A stretch of DNA of 21,264 nt from Fibrobacterota bacterium (lineage in GTDB: Bacteria > Fibrobacterota > Fibrobacteria > UBA11236). Below are positions 17,318-21,264 of this stretch, piece by piece. The DNA lies in the NCBI GenBank assembly GCA_043753995.1, contig JAYUVP010000122.1, positions 1-21,264 of the forward strand, given 5' to 3'. Both the position numbers and the translations under genes were made by a program. The notes under the pieces were generated by a model. The model ran no database searches. It had not been told where the DNA came from and saw only the letters and a list, made by a program, of their open reading frames with translations. Numbering within the stretch: the stretch's first letter is position 1; the number at the start of each line of letters is the position of its first letter.

Positions 17318-17416
17318 GGTTTGAAATTCACCTCGATTCCGAATTTTTTTCCCGATTCTTCCCTGGTGGTGAAGAGGGGGTTAAGGTTGGTTAAGCCCTT
17401 GATTGGACAGGTCCTA

Positions 17417-17446
17417 AAGGTATCAACCGCGGCCTAGCCATGTCAA
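17417..17446 (-). promoter_or_regulatory. Sigma-70-type promoter of rpsU
   Basis: Minus strand TTGACA-N18-TACCTT with TG extension. Confidence 0.65.
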
Positions 17447-17627
17447 GACAAGGCTGCACTTGATCTTTTGGGATAGAATGCACGTGCAACCAGAAGCGAA
17501 TTAGGCTAAAATTACCGAAAATCAAAGGGTTATGGTTGTTGGGACACCAAAAGCCAAACGAACTATAATTTCAAAACCCACGGATGCAACCAATTGTAAG
17601 GGAATCCGACAAGGAAAGGGGCCAGTT

Positions 17628-18455
17628 GTGGCGAATATCCGCCTGCATGCCTGCCTAGCCATTTCATTGGCAGCATTTTTATCGGCCTGTAATAAAGACA
17701 AGCCCGCTCCTGCTGTGGTGGAAGAAACCCCCATGGAAGCGGCACCGACCAATACCGACACCTCAGCTGTCATGCAAGAGGAACCGGCCTTATCCCAGGT
17801 GGGTGGAGGCAAGGTCAAAAACTCGCATCAAACCGCTCCCGCTGGCATTGTACAAGACGGTCGCTATGTGGTTCAGGTTTCCGTATTCAAGAGCGCTCGC
17901 AAAGCCGGTGCCTTGGTGGAAAAGCTGGCTGCATCGGGCTATCCCGCCTATGTCGCTGAAGTTCAAGATCCAACACCCGAACTCTCCGGCGCTTATCACC
18001 GTGTGCGAGTCGGTACCTTCCGCACCCTGCAAGATGCCCGCCAATTTGGCGATAATACGGTAAAACCCCTTGGTTATGACTTTTGGGTCGACAAAAAATC
18101 CATGGATAATGTCGGCGTTCGCGATGGCGGCTCCGGTTCTTATTCGGCACCGGCCCCGGCAGCAGAATCGAATTCCTCGATTTCCGAACCGACGGAACCT
18201 AGCGGCTCTTCTTATACCCCAGCGCCTTCCCTTCCGGAACCCCCGGCACCGAGCCAGCCTTCGGCGCCTGCCGTGGAAACTTGGGAGTCGACTCCTAGCC
18301 CCGCCCCGGTGGAGCCTGTTGCACCCGCGACTCCGGCCCCCAGCGCTCCGGAACCTCCCGCGCCCGCCTCCACCTCGGGTTGGGGTAATCCCAGCGATTC
18401 CGCCGCATCCTCGGCTCCCGCCGACACCGGTGCTCCCAAACTCGATGATTGGTAA
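17628..18455 (+). CDS. SPOR-domain lipoprotein with Pro/Ser/Ala-rich tail
   Basis: GTG 17628 after AAGGAAAGGGG gives a signal peptide with lipobox FLSA-C. SPOR motifs YVVQVSVF...YHRVRVGTF. Low-complexity C-terminus. Confidence 0.85.
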   Translation: MANIRLHACLAISLAAFLSACNKDKPAPAVVEETPMEAAPTNTDTSAVMQEEPALSQVGGGKVKNSHQTAPAGIVQDGRYVVQVSVFKSARKAGALVEKLAASGYPAYVAEVQDPTPELSGAYHRVRVGTFRTLQDARQFGDNTVKPLGYDFWVDKKSMDNVGVRDGGSGSYSAPAPAAESNSSISEPTEPSGSSYTPAPSLPEPPAPSQPSAPAVETWESTPSPAPVEPVAPATPAPSAPEPPAPASTSGWGNPSDSAASSAPADTGAPKLDDW

Positions 18456-18515
18456 GCGGCAAGTAAGCGGAATGGCTGCCTAAAACTTAGAAATCCGGGC
18501 AGCCCAACCCGATTC

Positions 18516-18546
18516 AGGCCGGTTCTCATGGACCGGCCTTGTTTTT
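18516..18546 (+). terminator. Intrinsic terminator-like hairpin after the SPOR gene
   Basis: AGGCCGGT...ACCGGCCT 8-bp stem followed by TGTTTTT. Confidence 0.6.
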
Positions 18547-18566
18547 ATAGGCATTTTTCCCGTCCC

Positions 18567-19916
18567 ATGCCGAAAACCCGTTCCAAAACCGAAGCTCCTG
18601 CGCTGGAAATCAGCCGCAAGGTGCGCATTGTCAATCTGGGCTGTTCTAAAAACCAGGTGGACAGCGAAAACATTTTGGGTGAATTCGGCCGCGCGGGCTT
18701 CACGCTCGCCACCGATGAAGACACCTCGCAAGTCACCGTGATCAATACCTGCGGCTTCATCGAAGCGGCCAAGGAAGAAAGCATTCAAGAAATTCTGGGA
18801 GCTTTGGAACATCGCTCCAAGGGTGAAAAGCTGGTGGTGGCAGGTTGTTTATCCCAGCGCTATCGCGAAGACCTCCTCAAAGACATTCCCGAAGTCGATC
18901 TCTATGTCGGCACTTATCATCCCGGTGAAATCGTCGAGCGCCTCGGACTCAATTCGACCTTGCCCTCGGATTGCAAGGTGGGGACGGCCCCGCGCCGCCT
19001 CATGGGCGAAGAACCGCACCATGCCTATTTGAAAATCGCCGAAGGTTGCAATCGCGTTTGCGGCTTCTGCGCCATACCGGGCATGCGCGGCAAACAAGTG
19101 TCGCGCGGCATTGCCGATATTGTGCGCGAGGCCCAGGAGCTGGAAGGCTGGGGGGTAAAGGAAGTCACCCTCATCGCCCAAGACCTCACCTTTTTCGGTC
19201 GCGAAAAAAACGCCGAGGGCAATCTGGAAAGCCTTTTGCGCACTTTGTTACGCGAAACCGGCATACCCTGGTTCCGCATGATGTATGCCTATCCCGCCTT
19301 TGTGACGGACGGGCTCATCGACGTGATGGCCAATGAAAAGCGGGTTTGCAAATATCTCGACATGCCGGTACAACATGCCAGCGACCGCATGCTGCGCGCC
19401 ATGCGCCGCAACTATACCGCCGACGATTTGCGCACACTGATAGGCCGGCTTCAAAACGGTATTCCCGAATTGAGCCTGCGCACCACGGTTTTGCTGGGCT
19501 ATCCCGGTGAGCAAGAAGATGATGTGAAAACCCTGCTCGACTTCATGGAAGAAACTCGCTTTCGCCACCTGGGCGGCTTTACCTACAGCGACGAAGACAG
19601 CACCCATGCCTATGATCTCACTGAAAAAGTGCCTGTGGCCGACATGGAAGAGCGCCTGGCACGCGTCATGAGCCTGCAACAGCAAATCGCCTTCGAGGAA
19701 AACGAGAGCCGCATTGGCCGGGAATACACCGTGATACTCGACCGCGTGGCCGAAGGTGCCGATCATCATTTCGAAGGCCGCACCCAGGGTGATGCCATCG
19801 AAGTGGACAGCCGGGTGCTGGTTCATGGCGCCCAAGACGCCGAGATCGGCGGCTTCAGGCAAGTGCGCATCACCGATGTTGCGGAATACGATCTCGAAGC
19901 GGTTTTATTGCCTTAA
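18567..19916 (+). CDS. rimO: Ribosomal protein S12 methylthiotransferase RimO
   Basis: LGCSKNQVDSE, INTCGFIEAAKEESI, AYLKIAEGCNRVCGFCAIP, YLDMPVQH and C-terminal TRAM domain. Start 18567 preferred because ATG 18528 lies inside the hairpin loop. Confidence 0.94.
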   Translation: MPKTRSKTEAPALEISRKVRIVNLGCSKNQVDSENILGEFGRAGFTLATDEDTSQVTVINTCGFIEAAKEESIQEILGALEHRSKGEKLVVAGCLSQRYREDLLKDIPEVDLYVGTYHPGEIVERLGLNSTLPSDCKVGTAPRRLMGEEPHHAYLKIAEGCNRVCGFCAIPGMRGKQVSRGIADIVREAQELEGWGVKEVTLIAQDLTFFGREKNAEGNLESLLRTLLRETGIPWFRMMYAYPAFVTDGLIDVMANEKRVCKYLDMPVQHASDRMLRAMRRNYTADDLRTLIGRLQNGIPELSLRTTVLLGYPGEQEDDVKTLLDFMEETRFRHLGGFTYSDEDSTHAYDLTEKVPVADMEERLARVMSLQQQIAFEENESRIGREYTVILDRVAEGADHHFEGRTQGDAIEVDSRVLVHGAQDAEIGGFRQVRITDVAEYDLEAVLLP

Positions 19917-19941
19917 AGGAGCTGAAGCCCTGATTCTTCCT

Positions 19942-19971
19942 TTGACATCGCCTTTTCAAGCGGTGTATCTT
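19942..19971 (+). promoter_or_regulatory. Sigma-70-type promoter for the phosphohexomutase gene
   Basis: TTGACA-N18-TATCTT. Confidence 0.65.
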
Positions 19972-20027
19972 GCGAAGCATCCGGGCCGCGAATCAGATGT
20001 CGCTGCCCCACCTGAAAAGGGGTGCTC

Positions 20028-21264
20028 ATGTCGGTTTTAATGCGTTCGGTTTCTGGTATTCGCGGTATAGTCGGCCCCGATTTCAATCCTGCCCTGATTG
20101 CGAATTATGTCAATGCCTTCGTGCAAATCACGGGAGCGCGCAAAGTCGTGATTGGTCGCGACACACGCCCCACCGGAGCCATGGTCGAAGGCATAGTGGC
20201 GTCGGCCTGCCAGGCCTCGGGTGCCGAAGCTGTTTTGCTCGGCATGGCGAGCACGCCCACCGTGGAAATGGCGGTGATGGATCAAAAGGCGGGCGGAGGC
20301 ATTATCATCACGGCCTCGCATAATCCTATCGAATGGAATGCGCTGAAATTCTTGACCGGCGAAGGCATTTTCCTGGATGAAGACCAGGTCAAACGCCTTT
20401 TCGCCTTGGTCGATTCGCAATCCTTTGTTTGGAAAGCCTGGAATGACGTGGGAGCCTTGTCTCGCTCCGAAGGCGCGGATGCTTTGCATATCGACGCCGT
20501 CCTTCGCCTTTCTTGCATTCAACCCGATTTGATTCGCTCCCGGCATTTCAAGGTTGCCTATGATGCCGTGAACGGCGCGGGCAGCCTTATCATTCCCGAG
20601 CTTTTGCAAAAGCTCGGCTGCGAGGTGCATGCCATCCATGTCATACCCGACGGCATTTTTCCACATGGCGCTGAGCCCACGCCCGAAAACTTGGCCGACT
20701 TAGGGGCTGCCGTGAAGCAACAGGGTTGTGCTGTCGGCTTTGCCACCGATCCCGATGCCGATCGCTGTGCCCTGGTCGATGAAAAAGGCATTGCCATCGG
20801 CGAAGAATACACTCTGGCCTTCGCCACGGAATTGATGCTTTCCAAGCGCAAAGGACCTATCACCTTGAACCTTTCCACTTCACGGCTTTCAGAAGACATC
20901 GCGGCCCGCTATGGCGTGCCCTGTGATCGCGCCAAGGTGGGCGAAATCAATGTGACGGTGCAAATGAAAGCCAATGGCAGCGTCATCGGCGGCGAAGGCA
21001 ATGGAGGCGTCATACTCCCCGAATTGCATTATGGCCGCGACGGCATTCTAGCGGTGGCCATGACCCTTCAGCTTCTCGCGGAAAAGCAAAAGCCCTTGAG
21101 CGCCTTGGTTGCAGAGTTACCCAGCTATCACATTGAAAAGCGCAAGCACGCCGCCACCTCGGCGCAATTGCAAGCCGGACGCGTGGCATTGCAAAGGCGT
21201 TTCGCCGACGCTATATGCGACGAGCGTGACGGCCTACGCTTCGCTTGGCCCAAATCGTGGGTGC
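20028..21264 (+). CDS. glmM: Phosphoglucosamine mutase / phosphomannomutase family protein (3'-truncated, absent from ORF track)
   Basis: Manual translation from ATG 20028 (SD AAGGGG): MSVLMRSVSGIRGIVG...VIGRDTR...STPT...IITASHNP...DPDADR...GGEGNGG. Runs off the window end. glmM versus manB/pgm assignment is tentative. Confidence 0.85.
   Translation, partial: MSVLMRSVSGIRGIVGPDFNPALIANYVNAFVQITGARKVVIGRDTRPTGAMVEGIVASACQASGAEAVLLGMASTPTVEMAVMDQKAGGGIIITASHNPIEWNALKFLTGEGIFLDEDQVKRLFALVDSQSFVWKAWNDVGALSRSEGADALHIDAVLRLSCIQPDLIRSRHFKVAYDAVNGAGSLIIPELLQKLGCEVHAIHVIPDGIFPHGAEPTPENLADLGAAVKQQGCAVGFATDPDADRCALVDEKGIAIGEEYTLAFATELMLSKRKGPITLNLSTSRLSEDIAARYGVPCDRAKVGEINVTVQMKANGSVIGGEGNGGVILPELHYGRDGILAVAMTLQLLAEKQKPLSALVAELPSYHIEKRKHAATSAQLQAGRVALQRRFADAICDERDGLRFAWPKSWV

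Noticed and set aside
17532..17627. Upstream ATG start for the SPOR protein
   Set aside because: It would bury the lipoprotein signal peptide. GTG 17628 has an SD and correct lipobox spacing.
18130..18440. Repeat-like CCGGC-rich DNA
   Set aside because: Explained by Pro/Ala-rich coding. No regular repeat-spacer periodicity, so not CRISPR or a VNTR.
1814..19862. Numerous antisense and alternate-frame ORFs within clpB, cysD/NC, MCP, lipA, rimO and others
   Set aside because: Fully overlap well-supported genes, lack motifs, and are expected from GC-rich codon usage.
19970..20899. ORF-track entries 19970..20323, 20037..20666, 20282..20518 and 20558..20899
   Set aside because: Shadow ORFs over the real phosphohexomutase frame starting at 20028.

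Overview
Bacterial chromosomal window of mostly housekeeping genes. The bS21 sequence resembles Fibrobacter-type S21 as I recall it, so a Fibrobacterota host is an unverified inference. Gene order: 5'-truncated 'HEWGTFT' hypothetical (+), clpB (-), orphan flgB (+), degenerate TIM-barrel protein (-), cysD-cysNC (+), methyl-accepting chemotaxis protein (+), hsp20 (-), putative L,D-transpeptidase-like/peptidoglycan-binding protein (+), porin (-), lipA (+), pseudouridine synthase and PlsC-type acyltransferase (-), REC + anti-sigma-type kinase protein (+), rpsU (-), SPOR lipoprotein (+), rimO (+) and a 3'-truncated phosphohexomutase (GlmM-like, +). I found no mobile elements, CRISPR arrays or RNA genes. 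The most notable signal is regulatory. Sigma-54 -24/-12 motifs precede both heat-shock genes (clpB, hsp20) and flgB. In the divergent clpB/flgB pair the -12 C lies exactly 14 nt before an SD-less ATG, suggesting (near-)leaderless sigma-54 transcripts that share an enhancer region. The response regulator also appears to require a non-canonical CTG start.
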